This document shows, one piece after another, positions 28,590-38,742 of a stretch of 38,742 nt of DNA. The position numbers were made by a program, and so were the translations under genes. Where the stretch lies: the NCBI GenBank assembly GCA_964610875.1, contig CAZSWP010000035.1:1-38742 (forward strand). The letters are read 5' to 3'. The notes beneath the pieces were generated by a model. The model worked only from the letters and a program-made list of their open reading frames with translations. It ran no database searches and had not been told where the DNA came from. The stretch comes from an uncultured archaeon. GTDB taxonomy: Archaea; Asgardarchaeota; Thorarchaeia; Thorarchaeales; Thorarchaeaceae. Positions within the stretch are counted from its first letter, which is position 1. Every line of letters begins with the position of its first letter.

Positions 28590-28979
28590 CTATGGCATTA
28601 TAGAGAATAGAGCTGCAAGCCCGCCTAGGAATGCGAAAACGATGATGATGAGTACAATAATGATCAAGATGATAGTTATTAACCATGCCACTATTGCACC
28701 GCCCCATCCCACTTCGTGGCGGCTCTTAATTACATACCATTGTAAGATAACCGCTACACAGAGTAGGAAGGGACCAACAACTGGTATGAGCATAACCAGA
28801 TACGTCAAAGCTATGATGAACGCTGTTACAAAGGTGGATCCCAAATTCCTGTTCTCACCATGTACTGGACCAAGTGCAACACCTAGAAGCAGGCCAATAA
28901 CGACAAAGGCGATAACAAAGCCTATGATAGCTATTAAACCTATTACTCCTAACGTTGCGATAAGCCATTCTAATTGCAT
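28590..28979 (-). CDS. Small integral membrane protein
   Basis: Hydrophobic 129 aa; GGAG directly upstream of the ATG. Confidence 0.75.
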   Translation of the reverse strand: MQLEWLIATLGVIGLIAIIGFVIAFVVIGLLLGVALGPVHGENRNLGSTFVTAFIIALTYLVMLIPVVGPFLLCVAVILQWYVIKSRHEVGWGGAIVAWLITIILIIIVLIIIVFAFLGGLAALFSIMP

Positions 28980-29274
28980 TTCTCCTGTCTCCTCCGAATA
29001 CGGAAGTCAGATGTTGCAGTGTATTCTGTTACATAAAAGGATAACGTCAGACCCCAAACAGGATTTCGACATAATATAAACAGAGATGCTAACCTTCAAT
29101 AAACACTGCAAAACTAATAGGATTAATGAAAAAGTTGAGAGAATATGTTCTACCGAGAAAAAGTATGTTTCAGAGCATTAAAGATGGATGATTTAGACTC
29201 GATACTTGAACACTGGATATTCTACAAAATGAGGCTCTAGAACCTTTTCCACCAAGAGGAAAAATCAGTAATCA

Positions 29275-29306
29275 AAAATAGAAAATAAGGGGACAATGAG
29301 TCCCCT
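29275..29306 (-). terminator. Terminator of the SBP gene
   Basis: AGGGGAC-5nt-GTCCCCT hairpin (29288-29306) followed on the minus strand by TATTTTCTATTTTT. Confidence 0.65.
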
Positions 29307-29318
29307 CTAGACTATAGA

Positions 29319-30044
29319 TTACTTCTGTCTTAACAGTACGTAGCCACCAACAAGGATGACCACTGCAGCACCAACTGCACCAGCGACAATCGCTAGTGTC
29401 AGGTCAACACCTTCTTCTGTTGTGGTTGGACCAGATGGGCCTTCAGTCCTGTCAGGGCCATAGAAGAAGTTTGGATTGTATGTTAGCTCGGTGAACTCAC
29501 CAGCGACATACTCCGACACGTTGAATGGACCTGAAGTAACCATTGCATCTGTTGGAGGATTAGGTTGCCAGAGGTTCCAGCCATCAACACCAATCTCCTG
29601 AAAGATGTGCTTTGGTAGAATCGGTTTGTATACAATCGAGTGCAGGTGCCAATACGATTCCGTATTGAACTCAACAACCCTGTAAGTAGATGGAGCATAC
29701 GCTGCTGTCATCTGTACCAAGTCTGGACCATATGGGTTACCAGGTGCATCACGGAAATAGTTTAACGTGAATGCCACATCTTCTGCTGTGAGTGATGTCC
29801 CATCTGTCCAGGTAGTATTTTGAATCATATCAAATACAAATCGAGTGTAACCTTCTGGTACATTCGGGTTGTCATCATGTGTTTCACCAGTGTAGCTCTC
29901 TGCAAGCCAGAAGATATCATTACCTTCTGGATCCGTTGTCATTAGGCTGTCCCACATCATCTGGTTGACGTTGTTAGCATACGCTGAGTTGCTTGCCATG
30001 AAGTTGAATGTGTCAACATCAAGGGAGTTACACCAGCGAACGGT
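29319..30044 (-). pseudogene. ABC transporter peptide substrate-binding protein (family 5), 3' fragment with TM anchor
   Basis: RW.NSLDVDTFN, WTDG..LTAEDVAFT, PILPKHI, SGPF, YNPNF, C-terminal TM plus RQK. No signal peptide or 5' part. Confidence 0.75.
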
Positions 30045-30336
30045 CAGTGGTGTACCGGAACCTAATGAATTACATTCTGCGATATCAGAATTCAAGAGAG
30101 TGTTAATGGATAATGGCGTTATACGAATATTGGCGCCTTTTGTCTACTTTGATGAACCAGATGAACCAAACATTGGTGAGTTTGTTCGTCTGACGGCGAC
30201 GCAATTATTTCCAGAATTAGGTATGGCAGATGGCCACGAAGTTGGGGAAGTATTGGAAGCAGTATTTCCAGACTGTGGAGCCATTGACGTCTTTCCAGGG
30301 TTAGTTGTTTTCTGGGCTAGAAAGATGGTGGTGTAG
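30045..30336 (+). pseudogene. Class I SAM-dependent methyltransferase, 3' fragment
   Basis: VPEP....AISEFKRVL..NG.I.I post-II motif and terminal VVFWARK strand; motif I (GxG) is absent. Confidence 0.6.
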
Positions 30337-30502
30337 ATTAATTGTATTGACTAAGACCATTGATGTACAGCTGAGAAGCAACATTCTGAATCCATTTTCA
30401 GAAATCACAACAACTTAAAGTAGGTCATTATTGAGTGCGACATGTGAACTAATTTGGTTCGCAATAATCAATCCTAAGCCTCATCGGAGAGATGTGTACT
30501 TC

Positions 30503-32503
30503 ATGCACCCGACAAAAGAACTTGAGGAAAAAGCAGTCAACACGATAAGATTTCTTGCTGCAGATGCGGTTCAAGCTGCGAATTCTGGACACCCAGGGAT
30601 GCCCATGGGAGCAGCTGCTATGGCATATACACTCTGGACAAGACATCTGAGATATAATCCGAAGAACCCAGACTGGACTAATAGAGACAGATTTGTTCTA
30701 TCTGGTGGGCACGGTTCCATGTTACTCTACGCATTACTACATCTAACTGGGTATGATCTTCCAATGGAAGAAATCAAGAATTTTCGACAGTGGCACAGTC
30801 ACACACCAGGACATCCCGAATATCGTTGTACACCAGGTGTAGAAGTGACAACAGGGCCATTGGGACAAGGACTTGCAAATAGTGTCGGTATGGCTATAGC
30901 TGAAAAGCATCTGGCAGGAATATATAACAAACCTGATTGCGCAGTGATTAATCATTATACTTATGCTATCGTGACTGATGGTGATTTGATGGAGGGCATC
31001 GCATCTGAAGCGGCATCCCTTGCAGGACATCTACAGTTAGGAAAACTCATTCTGCTATACGACGATAATAGAATCTCAATTGATGGTAGTACAGATCTTA
31101 CATTCACGGAAGATGTTGCTGCTAAGTATCAAGCGATGGACTGGCATACTATATTCCTAGAAGATGGTAATGACATCGAAGCTGTCGATGAAGCGATTAC
31201 GGAGGCTAAAGAGGACCCAAGACCATCACTAATACTCTGTAAAACACATATTGGTTATGGACTTCCTACAAGACAAGATACTGCAAAAGCGCACGGCGAG
31301 CCAACCGGTATTGAAGAGCTAAATGGTGCAAAGCAGAAACTAGGTTGGCCACTAGAGCCATGGTATCATGTCCCAGATGATGTGCGAGAGCACTTCGGGG
31401 CAATGGTCAGTCGTGGTGCTGAATTGGAAGATGAATGGAATAAGATTTTCCAGGAGTATCAGAAGGGATATCCAGATGAAGCTGAAGAACTTCATAGACG
31501 ATTTGATGGAGAATTACCAGACGGGTGGGATAGTGATCTACCTTGGTTCGGTGCAGACCCGAGAGGTATTGCTACTAGGGCAGCATCAGGGAAAATCATC
31601 AACAAATTAGCAGATAAATTACCAGAGCTCATGGGTGGCTCTGCAGACTTGACAGGGTCAAACAAAACTTGGATTGATTCTAGCACTGCATTTCAAAAAG
31701 ATACACCTAATGGTCGTAATATCTACTTTGGAGTACGTGAACATTCCATGGGTGGCATTGTAAATGGTATTGCAGTACACGGAGGGATAATACCCTATTC
31801 TGGTACATTCTTCATCTTTTCAGATTATATGAGACCTGCATTACGGGTTTCTGCACTATCAAAGTATCCATGTATCTGGATATTCACTCATGATAGTATT
31901 GGTTTAGGCGAAGATGGTCCAACACATCAACCAATAGAACATCTTGCATCACTACGAGCGATGCCAGAGATGGTAGTTATTCGTCCAGCGGATGCAAACG
32001 AAGTGGTTGAAGCTTGGAGAGTGGCAATCAAGAGGCGTGATGGTCCCACAATGATTGTGCTTACCAGACAGAATGTACCAATTCTGGATAGAGAAACCTA
32101 TGAGTCTGCGGAAGGTCTGGCAAAGGGTGCATACATTCTCAAAGATGTGAAAAACCCAGACATAATCCTGATGGCATCGGGTTCTGAAGTAGATCTTATC
32201 ACCAAAGCTGCAGAGCAATTACAGAATCAAGGAATAAGTGCACGTGTGGTTTCTTTCCCAAGTTGGAAATTATTTGAAGCACAATCACAAGAATATCGAG
32301 AGCATGTGTTACCATCCTCAATTGAACGAAGATTAGCAGTAGAGGCTGGTGCTTCACTTGGATGGGATAGATGGATTGGGCTAAAGGGACGAACCATAAC
32401 AATTGATCATTTTGGAGCTTCAGCCCCTGCAGATGTGCTCTTTGAGAAATTCGGATTCTCAGTTGAAAACATAGTAGAAACCGTGAAAGACATGATGAAA
32501 TAA
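30503..32503 (+). CDS. tkt: Transketolase (single-chain, bacterial type)
   Basis: [57 protein letters not shown]; ATG at 30503. Confidence 0.97.
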   Translation: MHPTKELEEKAVNTIRFLAADAVQAANSGHPGMPMGAAAMAYTLWTRHLRYNPKNPDWTNRDRFVLSGGHGSMLLYALLHLTGYDLPMEEIKNFRQWHSHTPGHPEYRCTPGVEVTTGPLGQGLANSVGMAIAEKHLAGIYNKPDCAVINHYTYAIVTDGDLMEGIASEAASLAGHLQLGKLILLYDDNRISIDGSTDLTFTEDVAAKYQAMDWHTIFLEDGNDIEAVDEAITEAKEDPRPSLILCKTHIGYGLPTRQDTAKAHGEPTGIEELNGAKQKLGWPLEPWYHVPDDVREHFGAMVSRGAELEDEWNKIFQEYQKGYPDEAEELHRRFDGELPDGWDSDLPWFGADPRGIATRAASGKIINKLADKLPELMGGSADLTGSNKTWIDSSTAFQKDTPNGRNIYFGVREHSMGGIVNGIAVHGGIIPYSGTFFIFSDYMRPALRVSALSKYPCIWIFTHDSIGLGEDGPTHQPIEHLASLRAMPEMVVIRPADANEVVEAWRVAIKRRDGPTMIVLTRQNVPILDRETYESAEGLAKGAYILKDVKNPDIILMASGSEVDLITKAAEQLQNQGISARVVSFPSWKLFEAQSQEYREHVLPSSIERRLAVEAGASLGWDRWIGLKGRTITIDHFGASAPADVLFEKFGFSVENIVETVKDMMK

Positions 32504-32578
32504 GAAGACTGTCTACTTGAACGCAACTCACTCATCCTTTAAGTAAGATAGTGCACCTTCTACCAACTATAATCGGTA

Positions 32579-33358
32579 TTGGTGCTTGAAATGATTGAAT
32601 ACAAACTTGAAGGTAGAATCGCAATTGTCACAGGAGCCTCAGCAGGTCTTGGCGAACAGTTCTGTCACGCCTTTGCACATTCAGGTGCAGACGTTGTCCT
32701 TGCAGCAAGACGATATGAATTACTGGAAAAGAATGCAGAAGAGATTAGTAAGCAGTATGGAGTTCGGACATTACCGATTAGAACTGATGTAACTGTAGAG
32801 TCGGATATCATCAGACTCGTAGAGGAAGCAAACAACGAATTTGGCACGGTGGATGTTCTAGTCAATAACGCAGGGATGTATATCTCAAAACCTCTCATTG
32901 AGCAAACACTTGATGATTGGTATCAAGTAATAGATGTAAATCTGACTTCAGCATTTCTTGGAGCAAGAGAAGTTGCAAAGGTCATGATTCCTAAAAAAAG
33001 AGGATGTATTATCAATATGGCATCAACATTTGCCTTTGGTGCAACCACCTTTCCTGTTGTGGGCTATTATGCAGCAAAGGGAGCTATTGTAATGCTCACT
33101 AAAGCACTTGCAGTTGAACTTGGGAGTCATAACATTAGGGTAAATGCAATTTCGCCAGGGTTCTTCCCAACTAATCAATCAGCAGATGCCTTCAAGAGTG
33201 AGGAAATCAGAACCAGTCTCATTGAACCAAGAACAGCCTTGCCCATGTTTGCTGAAAATGAATGGATTAGAGGAGCAGCATGTTTCTTGGCAAGTGATGA
33301 TGCAAAATACATCACAGGACAGACTCTTGCAGTAGATGGGGGCTGGCTCGCTTTTTAG
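32579..33358 (+). CDS. Short-chain dehydrogenase/reductase (gluconate 5-dehydrogenase/FabG-like)
   Basis: TGASAGLG, NNAG, YYAAK, VNAISPG, ITGQ.LAVDGG. Confidence 0.92.
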   Translation: MVLEMIEYKLEGRIAIVTGASAGLGEQFCHAFAHSGADVVLAARRYELLEKNAEEISKQYGVRTLPIRTDVTVESDIIRLVEEANNEFGTVDVLVNNAGMYISKPLIEQTLDDWYQVIDVNLTSAFLGAREVAKVMIPKKRGCIINMASTFAFGATTFPVVGYYAAKGAIVMLTKALAVELGSHNIRVNAISPGFFPTNQSADAFKSEEIRTSLIEPRTALPMFAENEWIRGAACFLASDDAKYITGQTLAVDGGWLAF

Positions 33359-33366
33359 ATAGCATA

Positions 33367-34011
33367 TTACACGATTCCTTCTGAATACACCTTCATTATT
33401 TTGAGTTCGGCTCGTCTCAGTCGTTCTTGCATTGCGACTCGCTTTATACCTAGCTTGAAACTCAATTCCTCAACTGTGGTTGCTCTTGGAATCTCATAGT
33501 ATCCTTTTTCAAAGGCTAGTACGAATGCCTCTTTCTGCTTTTCCGTCAAATTGACTCGAGAAAGTCCAGCGGGAGCTGAATGCACACGCCGGAGTTCAAT
33601 ATGGGTGAATCTCTCTCGAAGCAGATGGAGTAAATCACGTAGTTCACTCTTTGAGGGCGACAGAACCCTATGTAATTGATAACCGCTTTCAATGATGATT
33701 GGCATTATTGACATGGATCCACTTTCCAATATTGTATCGTGAATGGAATGTCCTGACATCTTATGCACGACACGAGTCCAGTATTCATTATCTGACGAAT
33801 ACGTAATCTCAACATCCTGAATACTAGAGGATTCTCGTAAGGAATCTACATAGTCAATAAGGTGTTGTTCATCATTCATTATTGATTCAAGAATACCAAA
33901 CCCAACATCCCCATTAATCGCAACCAGAGAAACTCTCACAGGGATTCTTTTAGTGAGAACACACGAATAGTAGTCCGCTGAACTGATGCGTATCAGGCTT
34001 TCAACAACCAT
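33367..34011 (-). CDS. Bacterio-opsin activator-type (HTH_10) transcription regulator
   Basis: LTEKQKEAF.LAFEKGYYEIPR.TT.EELS..LGI......ERLRRAE. Confidence 0.9.
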   Translation of the reverse strand: MVVESLIRISSADYYSCVLTKRIPVRVSLVAINGDVGFGILESIMNDEQHLIDYVDSLRESSSIQDVEITYSSDNEYWTRVVHKMSGHSIHDTILESGSMSIMPIIIESGYQLHRVLSPSKSELRDLLHLLRERFTHIELRRVHSAPAGLSRVNLTEKQKEAFVLAFEKGYYEIPRATTVEELSFKLGIKRVAMQERLRRAELKIMKVYSEGIV

Positions 34012-34065
34012 TATATTAACCCGTCCTATGACGGTATAAAGGATAAACAGATTTCAATTCTTTGT

Positions 34066-35046
34066 ATGCACGATGCTACAATGAATGACTATCCCCAAAG
34101 ACAACTTGATACTGGTAAAAATGCAGATGAAATAGAACCAAAGAAACACACAGTTGCAGCATTTGAAGCAGTCTTCGTTACAATTCTATGGTCTTCATCT
34201 TGGGTCATAATCAAGTTCGGTCTTGAAGAATTACCCCCTCTTACATTCTCTGGATTACGATATTCATTAGCATCCATCATTTTATTGGTGATTATTTTCT
34301 CGAAAAGTAATCTGAAAAAAGAATTACGAACCCAATCTAGATCCTGGTGGGTTCAAATGCTAATCTATGGCGTGATATTCGTAACAATTACTCAAGGAGC
34401 ACAATTTGTAGGACTTGATTTATTACCAGCAATCACAGTTTCTCTCTTTCTCAACCTCACACCAATTCTAGTTGTACTTCTTGGCTTCATTCTCCTCAGA
34501 GAGCGTCCTGATTCAAAGCAAGCCTTTTGGATCATCATAGGATTTTCAGGCGTGATTATTTATTTTCAACCATGGAGCATGAATGAGGTGAATCCTCTCG
34601 GACTTCTCATTGTAAGTATAGGCGTATTGGCAAATGCCATCTCTGCAGTGATGGGACGTGCGATAAATAAAGAGAGTAAGACTTCACCTTGGTTAATCAC
34701 AGGTGTAAGTATGTCTTTTGGCTCTCTCATCCTGATAGTTTCAGGAATACTCCTTGAGGATATACAGAGCCTCAGTCCCTTGTCAATGTTCTATATCATA
34801 TGGCTGAGTGTTGTAAATACTGCTTTTGCATTCACCATCTGGAATAATGCAATGCGTACGCTCAGAGCTATGGACATCTCAATAATCAATGGGACTATGC
34901 TACCACAGATAGTGCTCTTGTCAATTCTGTTTCTTGGAGAATTACCAGATTTCCTAGAAATTGGTGGCTTGATACTTGTGGGACTTGGTGCACTCATGGT
35001 GCAACTCAATCAGATAAAACGAAACTCCAATTCGACTAATGATTAA
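34066..35046 (+). CDS. DMT/EamA family transporter
   Basis: WSSSW..IK.GL..LPP, L..TPI.V.LLG...LRE, about 10 TM helices. Confidence 0.92.
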   Translation: MHDATMNDYPQRQLDTGKNADEIEPKKHTVAAFEAVFVTILWSSSWVIIKFGLEELPPLTFSGLRYSLASIILLVIIFSKSNLKKELRTQSRSWWVQMLIYGVIFVTITQGAQFVGLDLLPAITVSLFLNLTPILVVLLGFILLRERPDSKQAFWIIIGFSGVIIYFQPWSMNEVNPLGLLIVSIGVLANAISAVMGRAINKESKTSPWLITGVSMSFGSLILIVSGILLEDIQSLSPLSMFYIIWLSVVNTAFAFTIWNNAMRTLRAMDISIINGTMLPQIVLLSILFLGELPDFLEIGGLILVGLGALMVQLNQIKRNSNSTND

Positions 35047-35342
35047 GAAATTGGCAAAGAGAACAGCGTTAGGGAAATCAATACCGACTGATATGTTAGT
35101 TCGTTTGTTGGATGATTGTTATCTCATTAGACGACCATCAAAAAGAGACAGAAGAATGATTCTGATTAACTTAAAAAACAAAACAATTCAATCAAAAGTA
35201 TATCCAGGTTTAGCTACAGATGAAAGAGTTGTTTTACAAAGGACCAAATGAAAAAGAGATTGCGGAATTTGAAACAAATCTTACGCGAGTCCTGAAAAGC
35301 CTCATGATTGCAGAGAGTATGAAAAGTTCATACTATCTCTAG
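35039..35342 (+). pseudogene. MarR family regulator, 5'-truncated and frameshifted
   Basis: LAKRTALGKS..TDML.RL....YLIRRPS.RDRR in one frame, continuing as MKELFYKG.NEKEI.EFE..L.RVL.SL in another frame from 35220. Confidence 0.7.
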
Positions 35343-35408
35343 TTTCTCAAGATTGCTGATGTCATTTTATCACTGTTTTAGCATTCTCAATTTTTTGATG
35401 AAAGAATA

Positions 35409-36611
35409 TCATCTTCTTTGGCTTATTGCCATGGTTTCAAGTGCATCCCGAGCACATTTACTAATCGCATCTTTTTTCTCAGCAATCTTTTCTAGTTCAA
35501 CTCTAGCGGTATCACCACCAATACCAGCGAGTGCTCTCAATGCCATTTTCTTCTGTGTATGAGATTCAAGAGTTATTCTGTGTTTCACAGCTTCCAGTTT
35601 TTCAGGTTGCACTTTACGTGCCTTTCGTTTCAATTCTTTCGAGTCAATGAAATGGTCAATGTTCACGACCCTTACCAAAGTAGAGATTGCGGATTCACCA
35701 ATGGAGATGATCCCTGCCATTGCCTCTTCAGACACAGCCTGGTCACTATCACCCAGAGCTTCAGCGAGAATGTTCACACTATGAGGGTTTCTTGTCTTTC
35801 GGAGCGCAATGATAGCTTGGTGGCGTACATATGGATACTCATCACGAGTCGCAGTTCGTAAGAAAGGTTCAGCTCGGACATCCACACAGTCGCCAAGCTC
35901 TTTTGCAGCAAGCGCACGTTTAGTAGTATTATCACCACTCAGCTGTAGAATCAATCTCAGCAATTTGGCAATTCTCTCACTACAATTACTAAATTCTACA
36001 TCTGCAGGATTGAATTGAAAAGATTCTGGAAAATCGATTTGAATGTCAGAGAGACCTACTTCATCTAGAAACTTTTCTAGGTTCTCTCCCGTTCTATCAT
36101 CATTTTCAATATGCGTGAGAAATGTAAATCCGTAGTATGTACTAGCAAATTTATAGATATCAAAATCAGCGGATTTACAGAAGGCACTAATCTCCTCTTT
36201 TCTCTGTTTGATAATCTCAGGTACTAATACTGCATATTCGGACTTTGTCATTTTATCCGTGTCAAAGAAGAAAGTACTCCCTGACAGCAATTGCTCTTTT
36301 GCACGGCTGAACGCAACCTTTCGTACAGAATCAGGAGACGGAGCATCATTTGAATCATGTGCATCTTCAAGGATTTTCAAGAGATCTTCATCAATACCGT
36401 ATAAGTCACCAATTCCAAAGGCTTTGAAAAGGAACAGACGAGATCTTTGCCATTCATGTTCTCCAATCTCATCATGAATTGCATTCATTGCATTGACCAA
36501 AGCTATAGCGTTGGCACTGCCATAATAGTCTTCGAGGACACTTTTGAGATCGTTTTCGTCGCGTCGAGTAATTGAATGAATTGCTCGCGCATGTGGCTTC
36601 GAGGTAGTCAT
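35409..36611 (-). CDS. HEAT/PBS-lyase repeat domain protein
   Basis: RALAAKELG, DEYPYVRHQAIIAL, LGDSDQAVSEEA, ALRALAGIG. Confidence 0.8.
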   Translation of the reverse strand: MTTSKPHARAIHSITRRDENDLKSVLEDYYGSANAIALVNAMNAIHDEIGEHEWQRSRLFLFKAFGIGDLYGIDEDLLKILEDAHDSNDAPSPDSVRKVAFSRAKEQLLSGSTFFFDTDKMTKSEYAVLVPEIIKQRKEEISAFCKSADFDIYKFASTYYGFTFLTHIENDDRTGENLEKFLDEVGLSDIQIDFPESFQFNPADVEFSNCSERIAKLLRLILQLSGDNTTKRALAAKELGDCVDVRAEPFLRTATRDEYPYVRHQAIIALRKTRNPHSVNILAEALGDSDQAVSEEAMAGIISIGESAISTLVRVVNIDHFIDSKELKRKARKVQPEKLEAVKHRITLESHTQKKMALRALAGIGGDTARVELEKIAEKKDAISKCARDALETMAISQRR

Positions 36612-36741
36612 CGAAGGCGCCTGATTTCTTCAGAAACATAGCGACTTATATATTAACGGATGTCGTATTCAGGTAGTCCATTAGGTTTGATTTGAGCATC
36701 TGAGGTAAATGATATCTGTTCAGATATGTTATAGATATTTT

Positions 36742-37007
36742 TTATTCGGCATCAAGCGAATCAAAACTGTGTTTGGACAGGTCTTGCCAATACAAGACAC
36801 TTGGTGCCTTTCTATCAAAGCCAACTGTTTCATACGTTGTTCTTGCAGGTATTTGAGCATCATTGAGACCCGTTTCAACCATTGCATATCCAATACCTTG
36901 CTCAAGCATATACTTCAATACATGTTGGTAGTGACTCTGTCAATCTGCAGCATATCTTCTTCCTGGGTGAACCTGAGAATTATGTCATCTTTCTTTGCAA
37001 TAATCAT
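36742..37007 (-). pseudogene. GNAT acetyltransferase with an internal deletion (not in the ORF track)
   Basis: MIIAKKDDIILRFTQEEDMLQIDRVT is joined out of frame at ~36930 to YQHVLKYMLEQGIGYAMVETGLNDAQIPARTTYETVGFDRK..YWQDL. Confidence 0.65.
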
Positions 37008-37127
37008 GATATTGGACTCCAGATAAGGAGCATCTGTTTTCACAAGAGTAATTCCATTCTTATCAGCTATATACTGTTATCGAGTACACAAAATTATTAG
37101 GTTACACAAAAGTTTGCGCTCTAGTGA

Positions 37128-37910
37128 TTGGTGGGTCACATGATAGATATTCGAACTCGACGGGAAATCCTGACTCTCGCAACCTCGTTAGCAGTTGATG
37201 CGGGAAAGATCACTCTGGATTATTTCTTAGAAGAACCAAAAGTGGAATTCAAAAGCGATCAGACGCCAGTCACCATTGCAGATAGAGAGGTGGAAGAATA
37301 TATTCGGACGGGGATTACTACCAACTATCCTAATCACGGAATACTTGGAGAAGAGTATGGTGAGAGAGAAACAGATTCGGATTTCAAGTGGATTATAGAC
37401 CCCATTGATGGAACGAAATCATTCGTATTGGGTGTTCCTCTCTACACCGTTCTTGTTTCTGTTTTGTATAAGAGTGAACCTCTCATTGGAGTGATTCATA
37501 ATCCTCCATCTGGAGAAACTGTTTCAGCATCCAGTGGAGTCGGTTGTTTTCATAATGGGAAACAATGTAGAGTAGGAACTGTGCAAAGAATTTCAGATGC
37601 CCAAGTGCACGTAACAGACTATGCTGACTTGAAGAAATACAGACCAGAATTCACTGACAGACTCATCTCAAGTGCAAAATCATGCAGGACATGGGGAGAT
37701 GCATATGGATATCTGCTGGTCGCTACAGGGAGAGCAGATGTCATGATTGACCCGATAATGAACATATGGGACATTGCACCACTGAAACCCATAATCACAG
37801 AAGCAGGAGGAATTTTTTTAGATCTTGATGGTAATGACACCGGTCTAGGAGATTCCGCTCTTGCATGTAATCCGTATCTTCACAGAGAGATTATAGAACT
37901 GCTACAATGA
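37128..37910 (+). CDS. hisN: Inositol monophosphatase family; histidinol-phosphate phosphatase HisN-like
   Basis: K.DQTPVTIADR, GILGEE, WIIDPIDGTKSF, WGDAYGYLLVATG, WDIAPL; start probably ATG 37140. Confidence 0.8.
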   Translation: MVGHMIDIRTRREILTLATSLAVDAGKITLDYFLEEPKVEFKSDQTPVTIADREVEEYIRTGITTNYPNHGILGEEYGERETDSDFKWIIDPIDGTKSFVLGVPLYTVLVSVLYKSEPLIGVIHNPPSGETVSASSGVGCFHNGKQCRVGTVQRISDAQVHVTDYADLKKYRPEFTDRLISSAKSCRTWGDAYGYLLVATGRADVMIDPIMNIWDIAPLKPIITEAGGIFLDLDGNDTGLGDSALACNPYLHREIIELLQ

Positions 37911-37965
37911 TTCCTCAATGTTTGATACGGAACCTCTTTTTGGTTAAGTTGCATAAATTTAGTCA

Positions 37966-38637
37966 ATGACGGACTACTATTCTGAAGAACTCTCAGGATA
38001 TCGATTGAAGGAATGTTACGATATCGCATCAGCACGAGTGAAACAGTATTTAGATTCTGAGATCGATGAGATTAGAGCACACATTGGTCCTGATGATATG
38101 ATTCTAGAACTTGGATGTGGATATGGCAGGATTATCAAGAGGATAAGCAATGAGGCCAAATGGGTATTTGGTGTTGATACCTCATTAGTCAGTCTGATGT
38201 TAGCCAGAGAGATGCTTCTCCAACATGACAACTGTATCTTTATACAAATGGATGCCGGTGCACTTGCATTTTCAAATGACTTGTTTGATGTTGTATTTTG
38301 TGTCCAGAACGGGATTTCTGCCTTCTCTATTGACCCAAGAATGCTGATACGAGAGAGTCTAAGGGTAACTCGTGACGGAGGATTGTGTGTGTTTTCAAGC
38401 TATTCGGATGCCTTTTGGGATGAACGTCTCTCATGGTTCAAACATCAAGCCGAACAGGGGTTGTTGGGACCAATTGATATGCAAGCCACAGGAAATGGAA
38501 AGATTGTATGTGAGGATGGTTATGTAGCAACCACTTTCTCAGAGGTGGATTTTCAGAATCTTACTACCAGATTGAATGTCAAGAGTGAAATCTATGAGGT
38601 GGACCATTCCAGTGTGTTTTGTATCATCCAGAAATAA
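37966..38637 (+). CDS. Class I SAM-dependent methyltransferase
   Basis: ILELGCGYGR, GVD, MDA, FDVV, ESLRVTRDGG. Confidence 0.9.
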   Translation: MTDYYSEELSGYRLKECYDIASARVKQYLDSEIDEIRAHIGPDDMILELGCGYGRIIKRISNEAKWVFGVDTSLVSLMLAREMLLQHDNCIFIQMDAGALAFSNDLFDVVFCVQNGISAFSIDPRMLIRESLRVTRDGGLCVFSSYSDAFWDERLSWFKHQAEQGLLGPIDMQATGNGKIVCEDGYVATTFSEVDFQNLTTRLNVKSEIYEVDHSSVFCIIQK

Positions 38638-38687
38638 TACAAGAACTCACTCTGTAGAGTAGTGAAGTTGATTCAATACATAGAACA

Positions 38688-38742
38688 AACCGTTGATTGT
38701 AAACTGGACAAACCTGGACATGGAGTCTAGGCAGTCCGCCCA
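38688..38742 (-). repeat. Hairpin-forming repeat element, right copy (inverted, incomplete)
   Basis: Its reverse complement matches 9-63 at 52 of 55 positions (TTT versus AAA at 48-50). Confidence 0.85.

Noticed and set aside
28492-29079. 195-aa plus-strand ORF
   Set aside because: Antisense shadow of the hydrophobic membrane gene 28590..28979.
29965-30336. Intact 123-aa CDS
   Set aside because: The first ~27 codons are antisense SBP sequence; the rest is a methyltransferase fragment.
35039-35342. Programmed frameshift or selenocysteine read-through in MarR
   Set aside because: The 5' end is missing, conserved residues look degraded, the continuation is in another frame, and no SECIS-like structure was seen.
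36709-37100. Two plus-strand ORFs (105 and 72 aa)
   Set aside because: Antisense to the GNAT pseudogene and carry no motifs.

Overview
This window is archaeal chromosomal DNA, most likely from an Asgard archaeon of the Thorarchaeota type. That call is inferred from AfpA, two Mer-like LLM enzymes, a minimal SufBC/SmsCB pair, GGTGA Shine-Dalgarno sites, a WD40 protein and a Thorarchaeota-style membrane-anchored ABC substrate-binding protein. Most genes are ordinary housekeeping or metabolic genes (kce, bacterial-type rph, nucleoside phosphorylase, two HhH glycosylases, serS, sufBC, superoxide reductase, tkt, HisN/IMPase). Three things stand out. (1) ORF 3595..4326 looks like the WED+REC nucleic-acid-recognition lobe of a TnpB/Cas12f protein and stops where the RuvC nuclease would begin. 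It follows an MNT-HEPN-HEPN gene, abuts a WD40 gene, and has no transposase nearby, so it is a candidate domesticated, nuclease-less RNA-guided binder. (2) Both window ends carry inverted copies of a ~62-nt element that folds into a long strand-specific hairpin with G-U/G-T pairs; the left copy truncates an aminotransferase. (3) Several genes are broken by clean deletions or frameshifts (GGR, SBP/methyltransferase, GNAT, MarR), and one junction resembles the foot of the hairpin element. I recognised no rRNA, tRNA or CRISPR array. All family calls come from motif recognition by eye; no searches were run.
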